Source: Betaproteobacteria bacterium HGW-Betaproteobacteria-16
GTDB taxonomy: Bacteria; Pseudomonadota; Gammaproteobacteria; Burkholderiales; Burkholderiaceae_C
Assembly (NCBI GenBank): GCA_002840835.1
Contig: PHCQ01000020.1
Location: forward strand, 12,541 to 76,540
Direction: 5' to 3'
DNA: 64,000 nt
Below, piece after piece: positions 38,303 to 46,654 of the stretch. Within the stretch, counting starts at the first letter, position 1; every line of letters begins with the position of its first letter. Position numbers and translations under genes: made by a program. The notes under the pieces were generated by a model. The model saw only the letters and a list, made by a program, of their open reading frames with translations. It did not search any database and was not told the origin of the DNA.

Positions 38303-39673
38303 ATGGCATCAGCCCTCTCCGAACGTCTCTCACGCATCGTCAAGGAAATGCGAGGCCAGGCCCGCATCACCGAGAGCAATGTCACCGACATGATGCGCGA
38401 GGTGCGCATGGCCCTGCTGGAGGCCGACGTGGCACTGCCAGTGGTGCGCGACTTCATTGCCAAGGTCAAGGAAAAGGCCCTGGGGCAGGAGGTGGTGGGT
38501 TCGCTCACGCCTGGGCAGGCGATGGTGGGCATCGTCAATCGCGAGCTGGCGGCCCTCATGGGCGCCGGTGTGGCCGACATCAATCTGGCAGCACAACCGC
38601 CGGCGGTGATCCTGATGGCGGGCCTGCAGGGTGCAGGCAAGACCACCACCACCGCCAAGCTGGCCAAACACCTGATCGAGAAGCGCAAGAAGAAGGTGCT
38701 CACCGTTTCGGGCGACGTCTACCGCCCTGCAGCCATCGAGCAGCTCAAGATGGTGACCGCACAGGCGGGGGCGGAATGGTTCCCCAGCACAGCGGACCAG
38801 AAGCCGGTGGACATTGCCCGCGCGGCCATCGACTACGCACGCAAGCACTATTTTGATGTGCTGCTGGTCGACACCGCCGGCCGCCTTGCGATCGACGAGG
38901 CGCTGATGCGGGAGATCAAGGAGTTGCACGCCGCACTGGATCCGGTGGAAACCTTGTTCGTGGTCGACGCGATGCAGGGCCAGGATGCGATCAACACCGC
39001 GAAGGCGTTCAAGGAAGCCCTGCCTCTCACCGGCATCATCCTGACGAAGACCGACGGCGATTCGCGCGGAGGCGCCGCATTGTCTGTCAGGGCCATCACG
39101 GGTGCACCGATCAAGTTTGCCGGTATCTCCGAAAAGATCGACGGGCTGGAGGTGTTTGATGCCGAACGGCATGCGGGGCGCATCCTGGGCATGGGCGACA
39201 TCGTGGCCCTGGTCGAGCAGGTCACTGCCGGCGTGGACATGGCCGCCGCGCAGAAACTGGCCGCCAAGGTCAAGAGCGGTGAGGGCTTCGACCTGAACGA
39301 CTTCCTCGACCAGATTCGCCAGATGAAGCAGATGGGCGGACTCTCCAGCCTGATGGACAAGCTGCCGGGCGCCATGGCGGCCAAGGCCAGCGAGGTCGAC
39401 ATGAACCGCGCCGAAAAAGACATCAAGCGCAAGGAAGGCATCATCTGCAGCATGACGCTCAAGGAGCGCACCCGTCCGGACATCATCAAGGCCACACGCA
39501 AGCGCCGCATTGCCGCTGGCGCCGGCGTGCACGTTCAGGAAGTCAACCGACTGCTCAAGGAGTTCGAGCAGATGCAGGGCATGATGAAGAAGATGAAGGG
39601 CGGCGGCATGATGAAGATGATCAAGCGCATGGGCGGCATGAAGGGCATGCCCAAGCTACCCGGCATGGGTTGA
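38303..39673 (+). CDS. ffh: Signal recognition particle protein
   Basis: GLQGAGKTTT, DTAGR, TKTDGDSRGG, Met-rich M domain. Confidence 0.98.
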   Translation: MASALSERLSRIVKEMRGQARITESNVTDMMREVRMALLEADVALPVVRDFIAKVKEKALGQEVVGSLTPGQAMVGIVNRELAALMGAGVADINLAAQPPAVILMAGLQGAGKTTTTAKLAKHLIEKRKKKVLTVSGDVYRPAAIEQLKMVTAQAGAEWFPSTADQKPVDIARAAIDYARKHYFDVLLVDTAGRLAIDEALMREIKELHAALDPVETLFVVDAMQGQDAINTAKAFKEALPLTGIILTKTDGDSRGGAALSVRAITGAPIKFAGISEKIDGLEVFDAERHAGRILGMGDIVALVEQVTAGVDMAAAQKLAAKVKSGEGFDLNDFLDQIRQMKQMGGLSSLMDKLPGAMAAKASEVDMNRAEKDIKRKEGIICSMTLKERTRPDIIKATRKRRIAAGAGVHVQEVNRLLKEFEQMQGMMKKMKGGGMMKMIKRMGGMKGMPKLPGMG

Positions 39674-39730
39674 ACATGGGTTGATCTTTCGCAGGCCGGA
39701 TTCTCGGATGGTGGCGAAAATGGGTCCACC

Positions 39731-40348
39731 ATGTTGATGATTCTTGAATTCGCCATAGCCGTGCTGTGCATGGGAGCTGCGCTGGCCCTGCGGCCTTGGC
39801 GCATGTTGCGAGGCCCGCTGCTGACACCCACCCTGTCGGCCGTGGTGCTGCTGCCCTTGCTGTGGCTGCTGCCCCAGTTCCTGCCGAATGGCTTGCCGAT
39901 CCAGTTCTCTGGTGCCTGCCTGCTGGTGCTGGCCCTGGGCTGGCCGCTGGCCGTGCCGGTGCTGGCCGTGGTCACGCTTGTGGTGTGGGGGCTAGGGCCG
40001 TCAGATGGCTACGCCGCACTGTCGCAATGGGTGTGGGTGGGGTTGTTGCCTGCCACCCTGGCGCTGGGCTTGGGCGCCTTGATCCGGCGCTGGTTGCCTT
40101 CGAATCTTTTTGTTTACACGCTGGGACGCGGGTTTCTGGCCACCGCGCTGGTGGTGTTTCTGGTCGGTGCGCTGTTTGAGGTGACCCATCATCAGGTGGG
40201 CGGCTTGGCCCTGGAGCAGGCGCTGGTGGCCCGCTGGCTAATGGCCTGGGGCGACGCTTTTCTCACGGGAATGTTCGCCGCCATTGGCGTGGCGTTTGCG
40301 CCGCAATACCTGGCCACTTGGTCAGATGAACGCTATTTGAGAGGCTGA
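39731..40348 (+). CDS. Membrane protein, ECF permease (CbiM-like) family (inferred)
   Basis: Multi-TM with LGWPLA, N.FVY.LGRGF, W.DAF.TG, P..LATWSD..YL. Confidence 0.72.
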   Translation: MLMILEFAIAVLCMGAALALRPWRMLRGPLLTPTLSAVVLLPLLWLLPQFLPNGLPIQFSGACLLVLALGWPLAVPVLAVVTLVVWGLGPSDGYAALSQWVWVGLLPATLALGLGALIRRWLPSNLFVYTLGRGFLATALVVFLVGALFEVTHHQVGGLALEQALVARWLMAWGDAFLTGMFAAIGVAFAPQYLATWSDERYLRG

Positions 40349-40503
40349 GCGTCTTTCGTTCGTGCCTGCTCCGCCGCCATAACGCACCCGCTCTGCGTTG
40401 AAGATGCGCCTCCTTTAGTAGCGCGAGCCATGGCTGTGCATTGCGCCTTGATTGGGCACGTCCTGGCGCGTTGCTCGGACCCGCCCGAAAAGCGCTCAGT
40501 CTC
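40341..40503. mobile_element. MITE-like element, 163 bp, 18-bp imperfect TIRs, TGA target duplication
   Basis: GAGGCTGAGCGTCTTTCG ... CGAAAAGCGCTCAGTCTC (15/18 match), flanked by TGA on both sides. Confidence 0.78.
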
Positions 40504-40562
40504 TGAAGCCGCACGCTGCCTGAGCGGGTCGGTACCCTCGCTCAAGTGGCGGTGGTCAGCGT

Positions 40563-42635
40563 TCAGGCGGCCTGGGGCAAGGCCAAGCGAGCGGCGTGGC
40601 GCCAGGCCCGGCGCAGCACGGCGGGGGACCACGATTCTTCAGGAATCAGCAGCACACCCAGCGACCGCATGCGCTCTCCCAGCGTCACATGGCTGGTCAT
40701 CACCGTGATCGGCACCGCCAGCAACAGCGGCAACGCAATAGGCACCAACCACAGCAGGGCGTAGACGTTGAGCAGGGCCACACCAACCCCCAGCAGAACA
40801 ACGATCAAGGTCATGGGTGCCAGGCGGGTGACGGCGGTTCCCCATGAAATGCCGGAGGCTTCGCGGGGTGGCGATTTCCAGTCGAGCTTGATGCCGGTGA
40901 TGGCCGTGAGCACAAAGAGCGAATGCGCGAGCATGCGCACAGGGGCCTGCAGCATGGCCAGCACGGTTTCCATGGCAGCGCTGCCCAGCAGAGCGCCGGT
41001 GCCGCCAAACGCTTTCTGACCACCCTTGAGGAACACCGCCAGCAAACCCAGCACGCGCGGCATGAACAGCATGCACAGCGTCCAGACCCACAGCGTACGA
41101 ATCTCGGCGGGGATGGCGCTCCACTGCGGCACAACGCTGGTGTTGCTTACCCAGAGTGCCGTGCCGAATGTCATGAAGGCCAGCCAGATGGGAGCGGACA
41201 GGTAGGACATGGCGCCAATGACGAACATGGCGCGGTGCACGCGGTGGATGCCGGGCTCTGCCATCAGGCGTGAGTTTTGCAGGTTGCCCTGGCACCAGCG
41301 GCGGTCACGCTGCAGCTCGCTCAGCAGGTCAGGCGGCTGCTGCTCGTAGCTGCCGGTGAGGTCGGACACCAGCCACACGTGGTAACCGGCGCGGCGCATC
41401 AGCGCGGCCTCGACGAAGTCGTGCGACATGATGCCGCCCGACATGCCGCCCGTGCCCTTGATGGGTGCGAGCGCGCAGTGCTTCATGAAAGGTTCGACGC
41501 GAATGATGGCGTTGTGGCCCCAGTAGTGCGACTCACCGAGTTGCCAGAACTGCATGCCCAGCGTGAAAAGGCGGCCAGTGACGCGGGAAGCGAACTGCTG
41601 TGCGCGGGCGTGAAGGGTTGCGTGGCCAATGGCCTGGGTGGCGGTCTGCACGATGCCTGCCTTGGGGTTGGCTTCCATCAGCTTGACCATCGAGACCAGG
41701 CAACTGCCGCTCATGACGCTGTCGGCGTCGAGCACCACCATGTAGCGGTAGTCCTTGCCCCAGCGGCGGCAGAAATCGGCCACGTTGCCGGCCTTGCGGT
41801 GGGTGCGGCGGGTGCGCAGGCGGTAATAGACCTCGATGGGAGGCAGGTCGGTCTGTGCCGCCAGATCGCCACGCAGGCGTTCCCAGGCGGCGCGCTCGGC
41901 GGCAGCGATGGCTGGATCGTAGCTGTCCGACAGCACGAACACATCAAACTGCTTGTTGTGCCCTGTGGCCGCAAGCGATTCACAGGTGGCACGCAGGCCG
42001 GCAAACACCGTGGCCACATCTTCGTTGCAGATGGGCATGATGATCGCGGTGCGGGCATCGGGGTTCATGGTGTGGTCGCGCACCGACGCTGCCGTGAGCG
42101 TGTGCGCGTCGCCGCGCAGCGTGACCCAGAAGCCCATGACGGCGGTGACGAAACCGGTGACCACCCAGGCAGAGAGCACCCCAAACAGCGCCAGCTGACC
42201 GTATTGCAGCCAGGCGTTGTCGTGCACGGGCTGGGATTGAGCAAACAGGAAGGTGGCGAAGGCGGTGGTGAGCAACGTGAGCAGCGCAAACACACCGCGG
42301 CGGCGGTTGGCGGCCCGCTCCCAGGTCTCTGGAACGGCGGTGTCTGGCTCAGCCGGTGTGCGGGGCGGGAGCATTCGGCTGGCCGTGCTGAGCAGGGTCG
42401 TGCCGATGCTGTTCCAGAAGCCGCGCCATGGTCGTGGCACCATGGCGCCGCGATTCAGCGGCGGTGCTGTGAACGCGTTGGGGTGGCGGTCTTCGCGCAG
42501 CAGGCTGCGAGCCGGAATGGTTGCGTTCTTTTCGGCGTTCACTGTGGCACCTCCTTGATGGGCACTGTCGTCGTGTGAGCTTGCTTGGGAGCGGCCCTGC
42601 GCGGCGCTCATTCGGGTAGCAGCAGATGTGTCCAT
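40563..42635 (-). CDS. opgH: Periplasmic glucan biosynthesis glucosyltransferase OpgH/MdoH
   Basis: MPICNED, RKAGNV, LDADS, YWGHNAI, SHDFVEA, RDRRWCQGN. Confidence 0.96.
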   Translation of the reverse strand: MDTSAATRMSAAQGRSQASSHDDSAHQGGATVNAEKNATIPARSLLREDRHPNAFTAPPLNRGAMVPRPWRGFWNSIGTTLLSTASRMLPPRTPAEPDTAVPETWERAANRRRGVFALLTLLTTAFATFLFAQSQPVHDNAWLQYGQLALFGVLSAWVVTGFVTAVMGFWVTLRGDAHTLTAASVRDHTMNPDARTAIIMPICNEDVATVFAGLRATCESLAATGHNKQFDVFVLSDSYDPAIAAAERAAWERLRGDLAAQTDLPPIEVYYRLRTRRTHRKAGNVADFCRRWGKDYRYMVVLDADSVMSGSCLVSMVKLMEANPKAGIVQTATQAIGHATLHARAQQFASRVTGRLFTLGMQFWQLGESHYWGHNAIIRVEPFMKHCALAPIKGTGGMSGGIMSHDFVEAALMRRAGYHVWLVSDLTGSYEQQPPDLLSELQRDRRWCQGNLQNSRLMAEPGIHRVHRAMFVIGAMSYLSAPIWLAFMTFGTALWVSNTSVVPQWSAIPAEIRTLWVWTLCMLFMPRVLGLLAVFLKGGQKAFGGTGALLGSAAMETVLAMLQAPVRMLAHSLFVLTAITGIKLDWKSPPREASGISWGTAVTRLAPMTLIVVLLGVGVALLNVYALLWLVPIALPLLLAVPITVMTSHVTLGERMRSLGVLLIPEESWSPAVLRRAWRHAARLALPQAA

Positions 42636-44179
42636 GTTTCGCTCACTGTGTCGTTCTGGTGTTGGAGAAAGGCGCGCAATTCGACCGGCTTGGCGGGGTC
42701 GATGCGTTGCACGCGCAAGGTCACGCGCCATGAGCGCGTGGCAGGGTTGGGGTAGGCCAGGGTTTCGATCAGGCGGCCGTTGGCGTCAGCACTGACCTCG
42801 GCGCGCACCATGGCGTCGGCGGGCAGGGCATCAAGCGCGGGACCGGCGAAATCGATCACGTACTGGGGCTGCGCCTTTTGCGCTTCGGGCGTGAGCTTGG
42901 TGTAGCCATAGCCCCGGCGTGTCTGCGTGACCCAGGAAGAAGGTGGGCGCTGTTGCGCTTCGCCTTGCCAGGCAAGCTCGTAGCTCAGCTCCAGCGGTTG
43001 GCCAGGGGCGGGCAGCGCCGCCGGCACCCAGTACGCGACGATGTTGTCGTGGGTTTCGTCCGGCGTGGGCAACTGCACCAGTTCCACCCGGCCAGCACCC
43101 CATTGGCCCAGGGGCTTGATCCAGGCACTGGGGCGGCGCTCGTAGTGCGCTTCCACGTCCTCATAGCTGGCAAAGCGGCGGTCGCGCTGCATCAGGCCGA
43201 AGCCGCGCGGATCGGTCATGCCGAAAGAGCTCACCACCGGCGCATCGGGACGCTGCAGCGGGCGCCACAACCACTCACCCTGGCCGGTGACCATCATCAG
43301 ACCGTCGGAGTCGTGCACCTCAGGGCGGAAGTCGCCCGCCATGGGCTGGTTCTCCCCCGAGAGGAACATGCTGGTCAGCGGTGCGATGCCCAGTGTGCTG
43401 ACCGGGCTGGCGCCCTTGCGCAGGAACACGCGGGCGTTCACCGTGGTGGTTGTCTGCTGACCTGGGCGCACCACAAAGCGGTAGGCGCCGGTGGCGCGTG
43501 GTGATTCCAGCAAGGCCAGTACCGTGACCTCGGTGGCGTTGGCCTCCGGGCGCTGAATCCAGAATTCGGTGAAGCGCGGGAATTCTTCGCCGCTGCCGCC
43601 CACGGTGTCAATCGCCAGGCCGCGTGCCGACAGGCCGTATTGCTGGCCGGCGCCCAGAGCGCGGAAGTAGCTGGCGCCCTGGAAGACGATCAGTTCATCT
43701 TTGTAGGCGTTGTTGTTGAGCGGGTAATGCAGCCGAAAGCCCGCGTGGCCCAGATCCCCCCAGGGCTTCGGGTCAAAGGTGTTCTTGCCGTAGTGGAAGT
43801 CGGCGCCGCTGTAGGGCAGGTGGCGCACGGTGCCGTCCGGGGTGATCTCGTGGATGCGGACCGGGTCGGTCTGGTACAGGCCGAGATGGAAGAACTGGGC
43901 TTCAAAGGGCAGCTTTTCGGCACGCCACACAGAGCGGTCGGTCTTGAAGCGGATGTCGCGCAGCTGGTCGTAAGTGATGTTGGCCAGTGCGGGGGGGAGC
44001 TTGTCGCTGTTTGCGCGCAAGGGCTCGCTGGCGCGGGTTTGGGCCAGCTGAGTCAGGGCATCGAAATCAAAGGCCTGCGCATGGGCCGACGCCCCGGCCA
44101 GCGTGGCAACCAGCCCGCCCAGCAGCACCCAGCCGCGCATGCGGCCAGAGAAAGAAATTGGGGAAAAAAGTGGTGCCAT
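42608..44179 (-). CDS. opgG: Periplasmic glucan biosynthesis protein OpgG/MdoG family
   Basis: Signal peptide; FQGASYFRA, YGLSARGLAIDT, EEFPRF, RPEVHDSDGL, DETHDNIVAYW. Confidence 0.93.
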   Translation of the reverse strand: MAPLFSPISFSGRMRGWVLLGGLVATLAGASAHAQAFDFDALTQLAQTRASEPLRANSDKLPPALANITYDQLRDIRFKTDRSVWRAEKLPFEAQFFHLGLYQTDPVRIHEITPDGTVRHLPYSGADFHYGKNTFDPKPWGDLGHAGFRLHYPLNNNAYKDELIVFQGASYFRALGAGQQYGLSARGLAIDTVGGSGEEFPRFTEFWIQRPEANATEVTVLALLESPRATGAYRFVVRPGQQTTTTVNARVFLRKGASPVSTLGIAPLTSMFLSGENQPMAGDFRPEVHDSDGLMMVTGQGEWLWRPLQRPDAPVVSSFGMTDPRGFGLMQRDRRFASYEDVEAHYERRPSAWIKPLGQWGAGRVELVQLPTPDETHDNIVAYWVPAALPAPGQPLELSYELAWQGEAQQRPPSSWVTQTRRGYGYTKLTPEAQKAQPQYVIDFAGPALDALPADAMVRAEVSADANGRLIETLAYPNPATRSWRVTLRVQRIDPAKPVELRAFLQHQNDTVSETWTHLLLPE

Positions 44180-44191
44180 GCCCTGTAGAGG

Positions 44192-44206
44192 GCAAACCCC
44201 GTGCCA
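44192..44206 (-). promoter_or_regulatory. Sigma54 (-24/-12) promoter of opgGH
   Basis: Minus strand TGGCACG-GGGT-TTGC, exact TGGCACG-N4-TTGC consensus. Confidence 0.9.
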
Positions 44207-44225
44207 GCCGAGAAAAAGGCTTTGA

Positions 44226-44238
44226 AATCAAAGGCTTG
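44226..44238 (+). promoter_or_regulatory. IHF binding site
   Basis: AATCAA-AGGC-TTG = WATCAAN4TTR, between promoter and enhancer sites. Confidence 0.8.
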
Positions 44239-44301
44239 TGCACGCGTGGCGCGGGTTTTCCCGGAGCCTGGCCCGATCAGGTGCTTCTCAGCCCCTGTTT
44301 T

Positions 44302-44319
44302 TGTCGCCAAACAGCGACA
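44302..44319. promoter_or_regulatory. GlrR-type activator binding site 1
   Basis: TGTC-GCCAAACAGC-GACA = TGTC-N10-GACA. Confidence 0.82.
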
Positions 44320-44368
44320 ATTCACCCGAGATAGAGAAAGAATGCGTTTAAAAACAAAGACTTGCTGC

Positions 44369-44386
44369 TGTCACTCATCAGCGACA
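44369..44386. promoter_or_regulatory. GlrR-type activator binding site 2 (overlaps glrR stop codon)
   Basis: TGTC-ACTCATCAGC-GACA = TGTC-N10-GACA. Confidence 0.82.
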
Positions 44387-45807
44387 GAGTCTTCGTGGGG
44401 GGGTACCGCACCGCCTGTGCCGTCGCTCTTGAACAGACCAGGTGTCAGTTCATGCTTTTGCAGCAACCGGTAGAACTCGGTGCGGTTGCGCTGCGCCAGG
44501 CGCGCTGCGTCGGCCACGTTGCCGTCGGTCATCTTGAGCAGGCCGACCAGGTAGTCGCGCTCGAAACGCTGGCGGGCATCGGTGAAGCTGAGCACCTCGG
44601 TGGAAGGGGTGCGCAGTGCGCGCTGCACCAGCGCCAGCGACACCAGTGGTGTGGTGGTGAGCGCACACGCCTGCTCGACCACGTTGTAGAGCTGGCGCAC
44701 GTTGCCTGGCCATGAAGCCATGGTCAGCGCCTTCAGTGCCTCTGGTGCAAAGCCGGAACTGCGCTTGCCGTACTTGCTGGCCAGCTTGGCGAGAAAGTGG
44801 TTGGCCAGCAGGGCGATGTCTTCACGCCGCTCGGCCAGGGTGGGCAGGGTGAGCGTGACCACGTTGAGCCGGTAGTACAGGTCTTCGCGGAACTGGCCTT
44901 CGGCCATGGCTTCTTCCAGGTTCCGGTGGGTCGCCGAGATGATGCGCACGTCCACCGGAATCGACTGGCTGGAGCCCAGTGGCCGGATGGCGCGTTCCTG
45001 CAGCACGCGCAGCAGCTTCACCTGCAATGCGGGCGGCATGTCTCCGATCTCGTCCAGCAGCAGGGTGCCGCCATCGGCGGTCTGGAACAGCCCTTTGTGA
45101 TTGGCCACCGCGTCGGTGAAGGCACCCTTGACATGGCCAAAGAGTTCGGATTCCAGCAAGGCTTCTGGAATGGCGCCGCAATTCACCGCAATGAAAGGCT
45201 TTTTGGCGCGGGGACTGGCGCGGTGGATGGCACGCGCCAGCATTTCCTTGCCCGTGCCGCTGTCGCCGCGCAGCAGTACGCTGGCGTCAGACTGCGCAAT
45301 CATGCGGGCCTCGGCCAGCAGGTCGGCCATGCGGTTGGAGCGGCTGATCACGTCGGCCCGCCATTCTTCATCGGCTTGCGAGCTCGGGCTGGCGGGCGCC
45401 CCCATGGCCAGGGCCTGCGCGATCTTTTCGAGCAGTTCCTTGGCTTCGTACGGTTTGGTGAGGTAGGTGTACACGCCCCGTGCGGTGGCTTCAACCGCGT
45501 CGGGGATGGTCCCGTGGGCGGTGAGCAGGATCACCGGCAGTGAAGGGTGGCGCGAGCGGATTTCGTCAAACAGGGCCAGACCATCCTTGCCTGGAAGGCG
45601 CACATCGGAAAGCACCAGCTGGGGCCGCTCGATATCGAGCTGGCTCAATGCTGCTTCGGCCGATCCCACCGATGTGACCTGGTAGCCCGCCGCCCCCAGT
45701 CGCATGGCCAGCAGGCGCAGCATGTCGGCGTCGTCGTCCACCACCAGAATGCGGGCGCGCGGCTTTCCTGGCGGCGCTGCGAGGGGTGCATAGGAGGTGG
45801 CGCTCAC
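44371..45807 (-). CDS. glrR: Sigma54-dependent response regulator GlrR/QseF-like
   Basis: LTAHGTIPDAVEAT, GDSGTGKE, GAFTDA, C-terminal GNVADAARLAQRNRTEFYRLL typical of GlrR; GTG start with GGAGG. Confidence 0.88.
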   Translation of the reverse strand: MSATSYAPLAAPPGKPRARILVVDDDADMLRLLAMRLGAAGYQVTSVGSAEAALSQLDIERPQLVLSDVRLPGKDGLALFDEIRSRHPSLPVILLTAHGTIPDAVEATARGVYTYLTKPYEAKELLEKIAQALAMGAPASPSSQADEEWRADVISRSNRMADLLAEARMIAQSDASVLLRGDSGTGKEMLARAIHRASPRAKKPFIAVNCGAIPEALLESELFGHVKGAFTDAVANHKGLFQTADGGTLLLDEIGDMPPALQVKLLRVLQERAIRPLGSSQSIPVDVRIISATHRNLEEAMAEGQFREDLYYRLNVVTLTLPTLAERREDIALLANHFLAKLASKYGKRSSGFAPEALKALTMASWPGNVRQLYNVVEQACALTTTPLVSLALVQRALRTPSTEVLSFTDARQRFERDYLVGLLKMTDGNVADAARLAQRNRTEFYRLLQKHELTPGLFKSDGTGGAVPPHEDSVADE

Positions 45808-45937
45808 TGGACAACCCTCCGTGCTGCGCACTTCGGGGCTGAACACCTTCGGAACGGCCGGGCGGTGCTCACTGGACTTTCCCTCCGTGCTGCGCACTTC
45901 GGGGTTGAGCACCTTCGGAACGGCCGGGCGGTGCTCA
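45802..45937 (-). repeat. Two tandem 65/66-bp hairpin repeats at the qseG-glrR junction
   Basis: TGAGCACCGCCCGGCCGTTCCGAAGGTG(C/T)TCA(A/G)CCCCGAAGTGCGCAGCACGGAGGG..GTCCAG twice. Confidence 0.92.
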
Positions 45938-46654
45938 TGGGGTGGAAGGGCGGTTGCCGTTGCTGGCCGGCGGTGGCGGGCGCGGAATCAGGCTGCGTTC
46001 GATCGCACGCATGGCTTCCAGTCGTTCATTGAGTTGTTCAATGCGGCGCGCGCTGTCGCGCAATTGTTGTGACTGCCTGTCCACCGCGTCTTCCAGCCGG
46101 CGCTGATCCATCAGCTTGGCAGCCAGCAGGCGCGCCAGCGGTTTGAGCGTGGCGCTCTCTGGTGAGGGGTGGTTGATGACCCGCTGCAGCAGGCCCAGTG
46201 CGCGCGCCGTATCGGGGGGTTGGTGCGTATAGGACAACGCCAGTGCCAGCTGCATTTGCCGCACCGGGTTGCTGCCGGGGTCCCCCAGTGTCGCGATGTG
46301 TGCCTGTAGCTCGGCCGGGGTGAAGCTGCGCAGGCGTTCGGCGTGCTCCAGCAACGAAAGCAAGTCGCCAAGGGCAAACAGCTGGGTGCCCGTGATCGCT
46401 GGCGTCGGGACGGGTGCCGGTTCGGCTGGCACCGGGGTGGCAACCGGTGCAGGCGGGGAGCCGATCTGAGTGGGAACAATGGCGGGAGCGGGTGCAGGCG
46501 ACGCCGGTGAAGAAGGCACGGTACCGGCCGGTTGCGGGCTGGCACAGGCCACCAGGAGCAGGCTCATGGCCGAGGCCAGCAGCCATGCGGCGGGCCGCGT
46601 CAAGCGGGCTTGCGACCGAAGGGCGGCCGGGACCAGACGGGATTCATTGAACAT
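45935..46654 (-). CDS. QseG/YfhG-like lipoprotein
   Basis: Lipobox LVAC, Pro-rich linker, coiled coil ending RLEAMRAIERSL; lies between kinase and regulator. Confidence 0.75.
   Translation of the reverse strand: MFNESRLVPAALRSQARLTRPAAWLLASAMSLLLVACASPQPAGTVPSSPASPAPAPAIVPTQIGSPPAPVATPVPAEPAPVPTPAITGTQLFALGDLLSLLEHAERLRSFTPAELQAHIATLGDPGSNPVRQMQLALALSYTHQPPDTARALGLLQRVINHPSPESATLKPLARLLAAKLMDQRRLEDAVDRQSQQLRDSARRIEQLNERLEAMRAIERSLIPRPPPPASNGNRPSTP

Noticed and set aside
39570-39670. Low-complexity ATG/AAG/GGC repeats at the end of ffh
   Set aside because: Normal Met/Gly/Lys-rich M-domain tail.
33720-45807. Non-canonical GAFTGA loops (GAYTGA in PilR, GAFTDA in GlrR) implying sigma54 independence
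   Set aside because: Both are common variants in enhancer-binding proteins, and a consensus sigma54 promoter lies next to glrR.
45802-45937. Mini-CRISPR, or an N-terminal extension of GlrR from 45912
   Set aside because: The units are contiguous with no spacer; the extension is just translated repeat, and the SD supports GTG 45807.
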